A DNA stretch of 64,000 bases from an uncultured Porphyromonadaceae bacterium (GTDB lineage: Bacteria > Bacteroidota > Bacteroidia > Bacteroidales > Muribaculaceae). The notes under the pieces were generated by a model. That model had not been told where the DNA came from. It worked only from the letters and a program-made list of their open reading frames with translations, and searched no databases. Of the stretch, positions 31,347 through 41,597 are shown in pieces. Both the position numbers and the translations under genes were made by a program. The stretch spans positions 4,340 through 68,339 of the forward strand of contig CANRWW010000003.1 of assembly GCA_947643665.1 (NCBI GenBank). The letters run 5' to 3'. Position 1 is the stretch's first letter. Each line of letters starts with the position of its first letter.

Positions 31347-33305
31347 ATGCGACACAGCAGGCATAAAACAGGATCATCCGTATCCGGAAACAGGGGGCAT
31401 GGCTTGACAGCAGGCTTTTGCTTTGCCTTGTGTCTGGCAGGCATTTCTGTGTTTGCTGCTGTGGACGGAGGCAGCAAACCGCAGCGCACAATGCAGAATA
31501 CTTTACGCGACCCCGATACAGCTGCAATTAAACCGACCTTGCCTGGTGCCAACCGTTATCAGCGCGACCGTGTGTTCTTGGAGCGTGCTGATGAGTTGCG
31601 TGCTGATGAGGGAACTGACTATCAGATCGTAGTAGGTGATGTTGAATTCCGAAAGGCTGATATGTATATGTACTGCGACAGTGCCCATTTTTATGATAAT
31701 CCAGGATCCATAAGGGCTTTTGGAAATGTACGCATGGAGCAGGGTGATACGCTGTTCGTATATGCCGATGAACTTGATTACTCAGGTGACACCCAATTGG
31801 CGGTGCTGTATGCCGATCCCGGCAAAAAGGTTCGTCTTATAAACAGGGATGTCACTTTGGTGACTGATATCTTCAACTATGACATGGGCATTGATCTCGG
31901 CTTCTATGAAGTAGGCGGGGTACTTACAGACCGTAATAACCGTCTTGACTCTAGATACGGGGAATACAGCCCGACTACGAAGGACGCCCTTTTCCGTGAG
32001 AACGTGCATCTTAACAGTCTTTCTGAAAATGACACCTTGGACATATATACCGACGACATGCTGTATAATACAGCTACACATATAGCGATCCTTGATACCC
32101 TCTCTACAATTATTTCTGCAGACGGCACTATCTATACATCGCGTGGAGTGTATAATACGGAGACCTCGCAGGCCGATCTTTACCGGCGTTCGTTGGTTGT
32201 GGCAAGCAATGGCAATACCCTGACAGGCGATACGCTTTATTATGACAGGAACATAGGGTTTGGTGAAGCATTTGGAAACATAGAGCTTGCAGATACCACC
32301 AATAAAGTGATACTTACAGGCAATTACGGATTTTATTTTGAGATTTCCGATAGCGCCATGGTCACGGGGAGGGCTCTTGCGAAGGAGTTTTCAACTGCTG
32401 GAGACACATTGTACCTGCATGCCGATACAATTCGCACCCGTTTGTTCATAATGCCATCTAAAGCGCTTAACGATTCAGTGACCGTTCCCGCAGATACCAC
32501 CCACCATATTATCGCGGCGCCGCATGTGCGTTTTTTCCGCTCTGATCTGCAGGGGGTGTGTGATTCCATGACTTTTGTGCAGCGTGATTCCATGATGTAC
32601 ATGGATTACCATCCGGTGGTATGGAATGAGAACAAGCAGATCTTTGGAAATGTGATTCAAGTGCATTTGAATGACAGTACTGCTGACTGGGCGAAACTTC
32701 CTGATTTCGCTTTTATGGCAGAATGGGTTGACGAAGAATTCTACAACCAGCTTTCAGGAAAGGAGATGACAGCCTATTTCGATAAAGGGGCGATCCGTCA
32801 TCTTGATGTGAGCGGCAATGTACAGGCTATATTTCTTCCAGAAGAGTCTGATTCGACTTTCAACAAGATCGCCAATATAGAATGTTCGTTTTTGTCAGCT
32901 GATTTTGTAAACCAGGCTATAGACCGGATGAAGTTCTGGCCGGAATCATCCGGCACAACCACTCCTTTGTACTTGGCAAAGAGGAGTTTGTTTTACTTGC
33001 CTCAATTCCGTTGGTTTGAGCCTATAAAACCTGTGTCTCCCGAGGATGTGTTCAATGTTTCATATGAGATGCTTGAGCTGATGAAAGAGCCCCCGTTCGG
33101 TTCGCGTCAGGGACGCGGAGGGGGATATGCGCCTGTAAGTTCACCACAATCAAAGCCTGATGCGGTTTCCGGTAAAGTTCAAGAGGCTTCTGAGTCCGGT
33201 AATCCAACTTCCAATGATGATACCGGAAATTCTGCCATAGAACCGGCTCTTCCAGCCGAAGGCGCTGTAGAAGAAACCGTTTCGTCGGTTGGAGCCTCCG
33301 ATTAA
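31347..33305 (+). CDS. OstA/LptD-N-like repeat protein (envelope, function uncertain)
   Basis: It has an N-terminal signal anchor and repeated beta-rich segments resembling OstA-like N-terminal domains (DxLxYD..., GNVxL motifs), with a low-complexity C-terminal tail. It sits directly after the SurA-like gene, an arrangement common in Bacteroidales. Confidence 0.55.
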   Translation: MRHSRHKTGSSVSGNRGHGLTAGFCFALCLAGISVFAAVDGGSKPQRTMQNTLRDPDTAAIKPTLPGANRYQRDRVFLERADELRADEGTDYQIVVGDVEFRKADMYMYCDSAHFYDNPGSIRAFGNVRMEQGDTLFVYADELDYSGDTQLAVLYADPGKKVRLINRDVTLVTDIFNYDMGIDLGFYEVGGVLTDRNNRLDSRYGEYSPTTKDALFRENVHLNSLSENDTLDIYTDDMLYNTATHIAILDTLSTIISADGTIYTSRGVYNTETSQADLYRRSLVVASNGNTLTGDTLYYDRNIGFGEAFGNIELADTTNKVILTGNYGFYFEISDSAMVTGRALAKEFSTAGDTLYLHADTIRTRLFIMPSKALNDSVTVPADTTHHIIAAPHVRFFRSDLQGVCDSMTFVQRDSMMYMDYHPVVWNENKQIFGNVIQVHLNDSTADWAKLPDFAFMAEWVDEEFYNQLSGKEMTAYFDKGAIRHLDVSGNVQAIFLPEESDSTFNKIANIECSFLSADFVNQAIDRMKFWPESSGTTTPLYLAKRSLFYLPQFRWFEPIKPVSPEDVFNVSYEMLELMKEPPFGSRQGRGGGYAPVSSPQSKPDAVSGKVQEASESGNPTSNDDTGNSAIEPALPAEGAVEETVSSVGASD

Positions 33306-33369
33306 TTGATCAAATCCGGCGCGATGATTATATAATAAAACTTTGATTATTTACCTAAAATATACCGCC

Positions 33370-34665
33370 ATGAATGAGCATACCGCCGATCTTCTTAAAT
33401 TTCTTGATGATTCTCCCTGTAATTTCCTTGCAGTGAAAAATCTGCGTTCGCGTCTTGATGCGCTCGGTTTCCGTGAGCTAAATCTGTCGGACAGTTGGGT
33501 AATAGAACCGGGAGGAAGGTATTATGTTATAAAAAACCATTCGGCAATATTTGCATTCGTCGTGGGTATAGGTAAACCTGAGGATGGTTTTAAAATAGTC
33601 AGTGCCCATTCTGATTCACCCGGATTCCGTATCAAGCCGAATTGTGAGATGGTAATGTCCGGCAATGTGATGAAATTAAATACCGAAGTATATGGGGGGC
33701 CGATCCTTTATACCTGGTTTGATCGTCCGTTGTCGCTTTCAGGAAGAGTGATGCTGAGGGGGAAGTCTGCACTTTCACCGGTTACAAGATTTGTGAAATT
33801 CAGTCGTCCGCTGATGACGATTCCTCATCTCGCAATACATTTCAACCGGTCTGTAAACGAGGGGAATCCGCTTTCCAAACAGCGTGACATGCTGCCTGTG
33901 ATGGCTGTGATGTCTGAGCCGGGCGAGGCAAAAGGATATATACAGAATCTTCTTGCCAGGGAGCTTGGCGTGACCTCCGACCAGATACTGGATTACGATC
34001 TAACGCTTTATGATACAACACCGGCATGCCTGTTGGGAGCTAATGAGGAGTTTGTCTCATCGGGACGCATAGATGACCTTGAAATGGTGCACTGTGCGTT
34101 TACAGCACTTACCGAGAGCGCCGGGTCTGTGCAGAAAATGACCCGTGTAATGGCTGTCTTTGACAATGAGGAGACTGGTTCCGGTACAAAACAGGGAGCG
34201 GGCTCACCTGTGCTGAGGGATATTCTTGAGCGTGTCAATATAGCCCTCGGTGGAAATGCAGAGACATTCTCACGCGGTGTTGCTAATTCGTTCATGATAT
34301 CGGCAGACAACGGTCATGCGATTCATCCCAACTATGAAAGCAAGCAGGATCCTACCAACCACCCCATACCGGGAGGTGGACCGGTAATAAAAATCAATGC
34401 CAATTGCAAATATATGACTGATGCAGATTCTGCAGCTGTATTCAAGGTTATTTGTGAAGAGGCCAAAGTGCCTGTGCAGATGTTTGTAAATAATAGCGAT
34501 GTCGCCGGCGGATCCACTTTGGGCAACATACTTACTTCTACGCTTCCGTTGCGCGGCGTGGATATGGGGGCGCCGCAATGGGCGATGCATTCATGCCGCG
34601 AGACCGCGGCTGTTGCCGACCATATCTATACAATCAAGGCTTTCAGCCGGTTCTATACCTGCTGA
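33370..34665 (+). CDS. M18-family aminopeptidase
   Basis: SAHSDSPGFRIKP and VFDNEETGSGTKQGA are metal-ligand motifs typical of M18 aspartyl aminopeptidases. The start is taken at MNEHTADLLKF. Confidence 0.9.
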   Translation: MNEHTADLLKFLDDSPCNFLAVKNLRSRLDALGFRELNLSDSWVIEPGGRYYVIKNHSAIFAFVVGIGKPEDGFKIVSAHSDSPGFRIKPNCEMVMSGNVMKLNTEVYGGPILYTWFDRPLSLSGRVMLRGKSALSPVTRFVKFSRPLMTIPHLAIHFNRSVNEGNPLSKQRDMLPVMAVMSEPGEAKGYIQNLLARELGVTSDQILDYDLTLYDTTPACLLGANEEFVSSGRIDDLEMVHCAFTALTESAGSVQKMTRVMAVFDNEETGSGTKQGAGSPVLRDILERVNIALGGNAETFSRGVANSFMISADNGHAIHPNYESKQDPTNHPIPGGGPVIKINANCKYMTDADSAAVFKVICEEAKVPVQMFVNNSDVAGGSTLGNILTSTLPLRGVDMGAPQWAMHSCRETAAVADHIYTIKAFSRFYTC

Positions 34666-35864
34666 CTTTTGTCTCCGAAAAAGTGGTTTATTATTATTGC
34701 GATGGAACCGTCGCCTGTTACATTGCAGGCTGTCCCAAATGAATCCATTGCTATATAAAGTGCTATCATAAGGGCGCAATCGGCTTCGGAAAATCCAAGC
34801 ATGGAGGTAAATAGACCCAAAGCTGCCATGACGGCACCTCCAGGTACTCCAGGCGCGGCGATTATGGTGATTCCAAGCATTGCTATGAAACCGGCGAACA
34901 TTTCCGTATCATAAGGCATGCCGTGTGTGATCATCAGGGCCAAAGCGCATGCTACAAGTTTCAGCGTGCTCCCCGACATGTGTATCGTGGCGCATAGTGG
35001 CACTGTGAATCCGGCTACATCCTTGTTTACTCCCATGGCGATTGTCTGTTTCAGGGTAACAGGGATAGTAGCGGCGGATGATTGTGTCCCCAATGCAGTG
35101 AAATATGCAGGCATCATGGTCCACAGCAGTTTTAACGGATTCCTGCTGCTGCCGGAGAATGGTGCGGCAATGCAATATTGCAGAAGAAGCACAAAAACAT
35201 GGAGCGCAAAGATTACCGCGATAATTTTTATGAATGTGCCCAGTATGGAGGTTACTTCTCCTGTAACGGTCATATTGAGGAATATTCCGAAAATATATAG
35301 CGGCAAAAGTGGTATGATAGCATTTTCAATCACTTTCATTACGATGCTGCGAAATTCGCCAAGCAGTTTTTTCAAGACTGTCCCCGACGTAAGAAAAGCG
35401 CATCCGAGGCCAAGGATAAACGCTGCCAGCAATGCCGACATGACAGACATTACAGATGGCATCTCTATTGTGAAATATGGAGATACCTGTACGTAAGATT
35501 CCATGTCTGCCATATACTCTGTCGGGGAAATCATGCCGGGGAAGAAAATTGTGCCGGTAAAATATGAAAGGAATCCTGCTCCGAGAGTGAATGCGTAGGC
35601 TACACCAGCTGTCGTTACCAGCATTTTGCCTGCTTGTCTGCCTATGTCGGCTATCGCAGGAGCCACAAATCCGAGGATGATCAATGGTATGGTGAATCCC
35701 AGGAACTGGCTGAATATGGCATTGAATGTGGCAAAGCATCGTGTGAGCCACATCGGAAATATTGTACCGGCGCATATACCAAGTGCAATGGCAATGAGAA
35801 TCTTTGGGAGCAGTCCCATTCGTTTCCACCATGGAGTTCTAGTGGTTGAGGCAGATTGATTCAT
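34653..35864 (-). CDS. Dicarboxylate/amino acid:cation symporter (DAACS family, SstT-like)
   Basis: 403 aa and polytopic, with the DAACS-type hairpin and conserved segments (GTQSSAATIPVT, CATIHMSGSTL, NVTGDG). Confidence 0.85.
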   Translation of the reverse strand: MNQSASTTRTPWWKRMGLLPKILIAIALGICAGTIFPMWLTRCFATFNAIFSQFLGFTIPLIILGFVAPAIADIGRQAGKMLVTTAGVAYAFTLGAGFLSYFTGTIFFPGMISPTEYMADMESYVQVSPYFTIEMPSVMSVMSALLAAFILGLGCAFLTSGTVLKKLLGEFRSIVMKVIENAIIPLLPLYIFGIFLNMTVTGEVTSILGTFIKIIAVIFALHVFVLLLQYCIAAPFSGSSRNPLKLLWTMMPAYFTALGTQSSAATIPVTLKQTIAMGVNKDVAGFTVPLCATIHMSGSTLKLVACALALMITHGMPYDTEMFAGFIAMLGITIIAAPGVPGGAVMAALGLFTSMLGFSEADCALMIALYIAMDSFGTACNVTGDGSIAIIINHFFGDKSQQV

Positions 35865-35886
35865 TTTTCATGGTTGGGTTTGTATG

Positions 35887-35894
35887 CAAATGTA
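35887..35894 (-). promoter_or_regulatory. Bacteroidetes -7 promoter box (TAnnTTTG)
   Basis: TACATTTG on the minus strand, 22 nt upstream of the 35864 ATG. Confidence 0.4.
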
Positions 35895-35973
35895 ACCATT
35901 GCATGCAACAAAAACAAATATCTTCGCGACAAATAAATATGTGCGGGTGAACATTACCATGCCCGATGTGTTA

Positions 35974-36160
35974 TAAGTAAGTCATGAAAATTATTACGCA
36001 TCAAATATCTAATAGGGCTTTATATTATCTGCGGCATTCTTTCGCCGCTTTTCGCCCTCATCTTCAGTTGTGTAGCCCGCTACACTCCTTCATCTTCGGA
36101 CAAAAATCGGCTGAAAGCATGCTCTCAGATAATATAAAATAATTTCCACGACTTACTTAC
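35974..36160. repeat. 187-nt imperfect inverted-repeat (hairpin-like) element in a divergent intergenic region
   Basis: The right arm 36126-36160 (cagataatataaaataatttccacgacttacttac) is the reverse complement of the left-arm segments 35974-35995 and 36019-36031, with 2 mismatches and a 23-nt insertion in the left arm. The inner segments 36032-36046 and 36109-36125 are also largely complementary. The centre holds a hairpin gtgtag-cccg-ctacac (36070-36085) flanked by a direct repeat tcatcttc. Confidence 0.6.
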
Positions 36161-36187
36161 CAATATAATTTAAATTGTGAAAAAAAT

Positions 36188-36814
36188 ATGAAAATCCATT
36201 CTTTGCTCGTCTGTGCGGCTGCATTTTGCAGTATAGCAGTAACTTCTTGTAATTCACGTGCGAAACTGGCACAATCCATTCAGGGGGAATGGACGGGCAA
36301 TCCTGAGAAACTGCTGGATACAGGCGCGGCTCAGGCTACGGCGGTCCGTGTCCTGGAATTCACCCCCGGTACAGCAGATACAGAAGGGTCTGTTACGATG
36401 AGTGCGCTTGTGACGGTTGAAAATACGATGCCTTTCAATGATTCCATACAGACGCCGCTTACCATATCTGCAAGTGGAACGGCAACCATAACTGGGGTAT
36501 ATCAGGTAAAGGATGATGATGAGCTGATGATAAGTCTGGATGCAACATCAATTTCTACACATGTTGATCCTGAAGGAGTGGTTCTGAATTATAATGTTGT
36601 CACTGAAGAGTCCGGCTCAACCGCTGCCAAACTTAAACCTGCGGCTGTTATTCTGGCCACCCAACAGATCAACCGTGCGGCTCAGAATATGTTTACAAAC
36701 ATCCATGAGATAGATGATATAAAAGTAAACGGCAATCTCATGAAGTGTGAGATTGGCCATAAGGATCTTGTTTTTTCTCGTGGATCTGCGGTAGCTCCCG
36801 CTATGGCAAAATGA
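36188..36814 (+). CDS. Hypothetical lipoprotein
   Basis: 208 aa with a signal peptide and lipobox (AFCSIAVTSC). I recognise no family. Confidence 0.6.
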   Translation: MKIHSLLVCAAAFCSIAVTSCNSRAKLAQSIQGEWTGNPEKLLDTGAAQATAVRVLEFTPGTADTEGSVTMSALVTVENTMPFNDSIQTPLTISASGTATITGVYQVKDDDELMISLDATSISTHVDPEGVVLNYNVVTEESGSTAAKLKPAAVILATQQINRAAQNMFTNIHEIDDIKVNGNLMKCEIGHKDLVFSRGSAVAPAMAK

Positions 36815-37008
36815 TTCAAAGGCTAGTGGTGAGTGTGTGTCATAATGGTTCATCCGGGTCGTCGCCAGAAGAGTTCAGGTCCGGTCATTGACCGAAGTCA
36901 ACTCCCGTCACCCTCAGGCTCCTACTATATGGAACCATTCTTGGCCGAGCCAAGCGACCACAGGTTGATGACTGACAGCCCCTCGCCATCAAGGCAAAAA
37001 CCTGGTGG

Positions 37009-37036
37009 TGTGTCAAAATTAGCTAATTTTGACACA
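37009..37036. repeat. Perfect 28-bp palindrome (possible terminator stem-loop or operator)
   Basis: tgtgtcaaaattag|ctaattttgacaca is fully self-complementary. It lies 195 nt past the lipoprotein stop and 22 nt upstream of the dus -7 box. Confidence 0.5.
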
Positions 37037-37057
37037 TTGCCTTTTACAGAAAATACT

Positions 37058-37065
37058 TAATTTTG
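37058..37065 (+). promoter_or_regulatory. Bacteroidetes -7 promoter box (TAnnTTTG)
   Basis: TAATTTTG, 7 nt upstream of the 37073 ATG. Confidence 0.35.
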
Positions 37066-37072
37066 CCGTTGA

Positions 37073-38026
37073 ATGGAAATTTGCGGCAATGATACCGGTT
37101 TTAAACTAATGGCGGCGCCTCTGCAAGGATTCACAGAGGCGCCGTTCCGTCATTTCCATGCTGAAATTTATGGTTCGCACTCAGATGGGATAACGTATTA
37201 TTCGCCGTTTGTAAGGATTGAAAAAGGTGAAGCGCGTAAGCGTGATATTCGTGACATCTCTTCAAAATTAAACGAAAACCATTGTCTTGTACCACAGGTT
37301 ATCGCAGGTGCGGAAGATGAATTCAGAATGCTTGTAGAGAATGTCGCCGCACTCGGATTTGACAGGATGGACTTGAATATGGGCTGTCCTTTTGTTCCCC
37401 AGGTGCGCAAGGGGAGGGGGGCTGGCCTGCTTGGTAATCCCGGCAGGTTTGCGGAGATCGCAGATGTGATCCGGTCTTTTCCTGAAATATCCTTTTCAAT
37501 CAAGATGCGTCTCGGCATAGAGAGGCCTGACCAGTGGAAAGATTTTTGTGATTTGATCAATACGCTGCATTTGAGGTGTGTGATATTGCATCCGCGCACA
37601 GCTGTCCAGCAATATAAAGGAGAACTCCATATGGATCAGTTAAAGTGCTTCTGCGAGGAAATACATCATCCGGTGGTATTCAATGGCGAGATATCGTCTC
37701 CCGACGATATAAAACGCATACATGAGGGTTTCCCCTGCCTGCATGGCGTCATGGCAGGCCGTGGATTGCTTCGGCGCCCGTCGCTGTTTGCAGAATATAT
37801 TTCCGGAATCTGCTGGGATGAGGATCTTATGCGTGAGAAGGTGATTGATTTGCACCGCGGAATCTTCAATTACTATTCTTCTGTACTTTGCGGGGATACG
37901 CAACTGCTGTTAAAAATGAAACCGCTCTGGGAGTATTTGGGCTCGTGCTTTCCCAAAAAACAGGTCAAGCAGATTGTAAAGTCCCATACAATATCATCAT
38001 ATATTGCATCTGTTGAAAAACTTTAA
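37073..38026 (+). CDS. tRNA-dihydrouridine synthase family protein
   Basis: It has a Dus N-terminus [19 protein letters not shown] and the catalytic-Cys region [21 protein letters not shown]. An alternative start at the Met at 37109 is possible. Confidence 0.85.
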   Translation: MEICGNDTGFKLMAAPLQGFTEAPFRHFHAEIYGSHSDGITYYSPFVRIEKGEARKRDIRDISSKLNENHCLVPQVIAGAEDEFRMLVENVAALGFDRMDLNMGCPFVPQVRKGRGAGLLGNPGRFAEIADVIRSFPEISFSIKMRLGIERPDQWKDFCDLINTLHLRCVILHPRTAVQQYKGELHMDQLKCFCEEIHHPVVFNGEISSPDDIKRIHEGFPCLHGVMAGRGLLRRPSLFAEYISGICWDEDLMREKVIDLHRGIFNYYSSVLCGDTQLLLKMKPLWEYLGSCFPKKQVKQIVKSHTISSYIASVEKL

Positions 38027-38063
38027 TGCCACGATTTGTTAAGGCGGATCGTGGGAAAATTCG

Positions 38064-38071
38064 TATCTTTG
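38064..38071 (+). promoter_or_regulatory. Bacteroidetes -7 promoter box (TAnnTTTG)
   Basis: TATCTTTG, 44 nt upstream of the ATG at 38116. This supports trimming the fumarase start. Confidence 0.4.
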
Positions 38072-38115
38072 CATCAACTAAAAGCAACTGTCGAAAACCC
38101 AACAAACTATTAGAT

Positions 38116-39765
38116 ATGGCAACTAAACCGTTTCACTATCAGGAAATGTTCCCGCTTGGACAGGACACTACCGAGTATTACCACCTTACTTCTGAATATG
38201 TAAAGACTGAGAACTGGGGTGGCCATGAATTTCTGATCGTTGATCCTGAAGCTCTGACCGTACTGGCGCGTCAGGCTACACACGACAACGCTTTCATGCT
38301 GCGTCGCGAGCATAACCAGATGGTAGCCAAGATTCTTTCCGATCCGGAGGCTTCGGATAACGACAAGTTCGTGGCTCTTACAATGCTCCGCAATGCCGAG
38401 GTTGCGGCAAAGGGACAGCTTCCTTTCTGCCAGGATACCGGCACAGCTATCATACATGGTGAGAAAGGCCAGCTCGTATACACCGGGGGCAACGATGAAG
38501 AGAAACTTTCCAAAGGGGTATATGATACATATACTACAGACAATCTGCGATATTCGCAGAATGCTCCTCTCAATATGTATGATGAGGTAAACACCGGTTG
38601 CAATCTTCCGGCACAGATTGACATACATGCTACCGAAGGCAATGAGTATCATTTCGTCTTTGTGGCAAAGGGCGGCGGTTCCGCCAATAAGACATATCTT
38701 TATCAGGAGACCAAGGCGATTATCAATCCTAAGACGCTTGTACCTTTCCTTGTAGAGAAAATGAAGACACTCGGCACTGCCGCATGTCCTCCTTACCATA
38801 TCGCTTTCGTGATCGGCGGCACATCGGCCGAGAAGAATCTTGAGACCGTGAAGAAAGCATCCATCAAGTATTACGATAATCTGCCTACCGAGGGCAATGA
38901 ATTTGGACACGCTTTCCGTGATATAGAGCTTGAAAACGAGCTTAAGAAAGCGAGTGAGAAAATTGGCCTCGGCGCACAGTTCGGTGGAAAATATTTCGCG
39001 CATGACATCCGTGTGATCCGTCTTCCCCGCCATGGCGCGTCTTGCCCTATAGGCATGGGTGTGAGCTGTTCCGCAGACCGCAATATAAAAGCAAAAATCA
39101 ACCGTGAAGGTCTCTGGCTTGAGAAACTTGATGCCAACCCGGGAGAACTTATCCCTGATGAACTCCGCAAAGAGGGTGAGGGAGATGTTGTGAAAATTGA
39201 CCTCAACCGTCCTATGAGCGAAGTGCTTGCCGAACTTGACAAATTTCCGGTTGCCACACGCCTTAGCCTTAACGGTACCATCATCGTAGGCCGTGACATA
39301 GCCCATGCAAAAATCAAGGAACGTCTTGATGCCGGAGAACCGATGCCGGAATATCTGAAAAACCATCCGATATACTATGCCGGTCCGGCAAAGACACCGG
39401 AAGGTATGGCTTCAGGTTCGTTTGGCCCGACAACAGCCGGACGTATGGATCCGTATGTAGACCAGTTCCAAAAAGCCGGCGGTTCCATGATAATGATAGC
39501 GAAAGGCAACCGCAGCCAGCAGGTGACAGATGCCTGCAAAGCCAATGGCGGTTTCTATCTTGGCAGTATCGGAGGTCCGGCAGCTATTCTTGCCAAAGAT
39601 TCCATAAAGAAAGTGGAACTTCTGGAATATCCTGAACTCGGTATGGAGGCTATCTGGAAAATAGAAGTGGAGAACTTCCCTGCTTTCATCCTCGTAGACA
39701 ATAAGGGCAACGATTTCTTCAAACAGATCCAGCAGCACTGTGCCGGATGCCCTGTCAATAAGTAA
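38116..39765 (+). CDS. Class I (Fe-S) fumarate hydratase, fused alpha/beta domains
   Basis: 549 aa starting at [12 protein letters not shown]. It has the Fe-S ligand region [15 protein letters not shown] and a C-terminal beta domain (GPTTAGRMD...GNRS), matching the FumA/FumB family. Confidence 0.92.
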   Translation: MATKPFHYQEMFPLGQDTTEYYHLTSEYVKTENWGGHEFLIVDPEALTVLARQATHDNAFMLRREHNQMVAKILSDPEASDNDKFVALTMLRNAEVAAKGQLPFCQDTGTAIIHGEKGQLVYTGGNDEEKLSKGVYDTYTTDNLRYSQNAPLNMYDEVNTGCNLPAQIDIHATEGNEYHFVFVAKGGGSANKTYLYQETKAIINPKTLVPFLVEKMKTLGTAACPPYHIAFVIGGTSAEKNLETVKKASIKYYDNLPTEGNEFGHAFRDIELENELKKASEKIGLGAQFGGKYFAHDIRVIRLPRHGASCPIGMGVSCSADRNIKAKINREGLWLEKLDANPGELIPDELRKEGEGDVVKIDLNRPMSEVLAELDKFPVATRLSLNGTIIVGRDIAHAKIKERLDAGEPMPEYLKNHPIYYAGPAKTPEGMASGSFGPTTAGRMDPYVDQFQKAGGSMIMIAKGNRSQQVTDACKANGGFYLGSIGGPAAILAKDSIKKVELLEYPELGMEAIWKIEVENFPAFILVDNKGNDFFKQIQQHCAGCPVNK

Positions 39766-39925
39766 GAAATAGAGAAACAAGTCATAAAAATGATAGACAA
39801 GGAAGATAGGGCAAAGAAGGGGCGGTTTGACCGTTGATTCGGCTCTATCTTCTGATTTGAAGACAACGGCGCACCATGTCGGTGCCCAAGTCTCTGATTA
39901 TTGAAAATTTAGAATAAAAATACAT

Positions 39926-41443
39926 ATGCCACACAAAGCATTACTTATGATTCTTGACGGATGGGGAATCGGTAACCACTCCAAGAGCGACGCCATCTAT
40001 AGCGCTCATCCGGAATATTGGAAATATCTTATTGAGAATTACCCTCATTCCGAGCTCCAGGCTTCCGGTGAGAATGTAGGTCTGCCCGACGGACAAATGG
40101 GCAACTCTGAGGTAGGCCACCTCAACATCGGCGCCGGCCGCGTAGTATATCAGGATCTTGTGAAAATCAACAAGGCGATCTCAAGCGGATCAATCATGGA
40201 GAATCCTGAAATCAAGGGCGCTTTTTCATATGCCAAAGAGAATGGCAAGGCGCTCCATCTTATGGGATTGACTTCAAACGGAGGTGTGCACTCTTCTTTT
40301 GAGCATATATTCGCCCTATGTGACATTGCAAAGGCCTACGGCCTTGAAAAAGTCTATATCCATTGCTTTATGGATGGGCGTGATACCGACCCGCGCTCCG
40401 GAAAAGGCTTCATTGAGGAACTGACCCGTCATTGCGAACAGAGTGCAGGTGTCATAGCTTCAATTGTAGGACGCTATTATGCCATGGATCGCGACAAACG
40501 TTGGGATCGTGTGAAAATCGCTTACGATCTGCTTGTGAAAGGTGAAGGTAAGCAAGCTACCGATATGGTAAAGGCGATGCAGGAGAGTTATGACGAGGAT
40601 GTGACCGATGAGTTCATCAAACCTATCAACAACTCCTCTGTGGACGGAACCATCAAACCGGACGATGCAGTGATTTTCTTCAATTACCGCAATGACCGTG
40701 CCAAGGAGCTTACAGTAGTGCTTACCCAGCATGATATGCCCGAGGAGGGTATGACCACGATTCCCGGCCTGCAATATTATTGCATGACTCCTTATGACGC
40801 GTCATTCACTGGAGTGCATGTCCTTTTCCCGAAAGAAAATGTGCAAAACACCATAGGTGAATACCTTTCAAAGCAGAATAAGAGCCAGCTCCACATAGCC
40901 GAGACTGAAAAGTATGCCCATGTCACATTCTTCTTCAACGGTGGACGTGAGGCGGCTTTTGAAGGTGAAGACCGCATATTGGTGCCTTCTCCCAAGGTTG
41001 CTACATATGACTTGAAGCCGGAGATGAGCGCTTATGAGGTAAAAGACAAGCTGGTGGAAGCCATAAACAGTGAAAAGTACGATTTCATTGTGGTTAACTT
41101 TGCAAATGGCGATATGGTAGGCCACACAGGTGTGTACGAGGCTATTGAGAAAGCGGTAAAGGCTGTGGACGACTGTGTGAAGGCTACAATTGAGGCTGCC
41201 AAAGCAAACGGTTATGAGGCGATAATAATAGCTGACCATGGCAATGCAGACAATGCTATCAATCCCGACGGCACACCAAATACAGCCCATTCGTTGAATC
41301 CTGTACCATGCGTATATGTGACTGCAAACAATAATGCCACTGTTGAAAATGGTATTCTGGCAGATGTCGCTCCTACTATCCTCCATATTATGGGTGTGGA
41401 GCAGCCGGCTGAAATGACTGGCAGAAATCTGGTGAAGCCTTAA
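39926..41443 (+). CDS. gpmI: 2,3-bisphosphoglycerate-independent phosphoglycerate mutase
   Basis: [24 protein letters not shown] (catalytic Ser) and [10 protein letters not shown] are all present. Confidence 0.95.
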   Translation: MPHKALLMILDGWGIGNHSKSDAIYSAHPEYWKYLIENYPHSELQASGENVGLPDGQMGNSEVGHLNIGAGRVVYQDLVKINKAISSGSIMENPEIKGAFSYAKENGKALHLMGLTSNGGVHSSFEHIFALCDIAKAYGLEKVYIHCFMDGRDTDPRSGKGFIEELTRHCEQSAGVIASIVGRYYAMDRDKRWDRVKIAYDLLVKGEGKQATDMVKAMQESYDEDVTDEFIKPINNSSVDGTIKPDDAVIFFNYRNDRAKELTVVLTQHDMPEEGMTTIPGLQYYCMTPYDASFTGVHVLFPKENVQNTIGEYLSKQNKSQLHIAETEKYAHVTFFFNGGREAAFEGEDRILVPSPKVATYDLKPEMSAYEVKDKLVEAINSEKYDFIVVNFANGDMVGHTGVYEAIEKAVKAVDDCVKATIEAAKANGYEAIIIADHGNADNAINPDGTPNTAHSLNPVPCVYVTANNNATVENGILADVAPTILHIMGVEQPAEMTGRNLVKP

Positions 41444-41471
41444 TATCCAGCTTCATAAAGTATTGAAATCC

Positions 41472-41515
41472 GTTTCCCGCAGGTAAGCACCGTCCGGTAG
41501 CTGCTTGCGGGAAAC
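41472..41515 (+). terminator. Intrinsic terminator of gpmI
   Basis: A 10-bp GC-rich stem gtttcccgca / tgcgggaaac, followed by cgcttttt. Confidence 0.65.
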
Positions 41516-41572
41516 CGCTTTTTGCGTGATTTTTCCGTAGCCGGTGAATAATATTGTTTCGCGGAAAATTGC

Positions 41573-41580
41573 TATATTTG
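41573..41580 (+). promoter_or_regulatory. Bacteroidetes -7 promoter box (TAnnTTTG)
   Basis: TATATTTG, 17 nt upstream of the ATG at 41598. Confidence 0.4.
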
Positions 41581-41597
41581 TTGTTTATTTGACAGAC

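Noticed and set aside
36875-36884. The 10-mer TCAGGTCCGG is identical to the start of the most conserved SRP RNA domain IV segment (GUCAGGUCCGGAAGGAAGCAGC). This suggested an ffs gene in the GC-rich spacer.
   Set aside because: The following sequence (TCATTGACCGAAGTCAAC) lacks the GGAA tetraloop and the GGAAGCAGC 3' strand. The local hairpin does not reproduce the symmetric and asymmetric loops of SRP RNA. A 10-nt match in 128 kb of two-strand sequence is not improbable by chance.
36833-37060. A 75-aa plus-strand ORF in the GC-rich spacer, together with the overlapping minus-strand ORF at 36617-36853.
   Set aside because: There is no promoter box, the Pro/Ser-rich translation has no motif, and the ORF runs through the 28-bp palindrome. 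I treat the region as non-coding; see the corresponding finding.
38110-39366. A 418-aa ORF on the minus strand, antisense to the fumarate hydratase gene.
   Set aside because: It lies entirely inside a confidently identified class I fumarase. Its product is low-complexity and Cys/Phe/Arg-rich with no recognisable motifs. It is the typical shadow ORF opposite a highly expressed gene.
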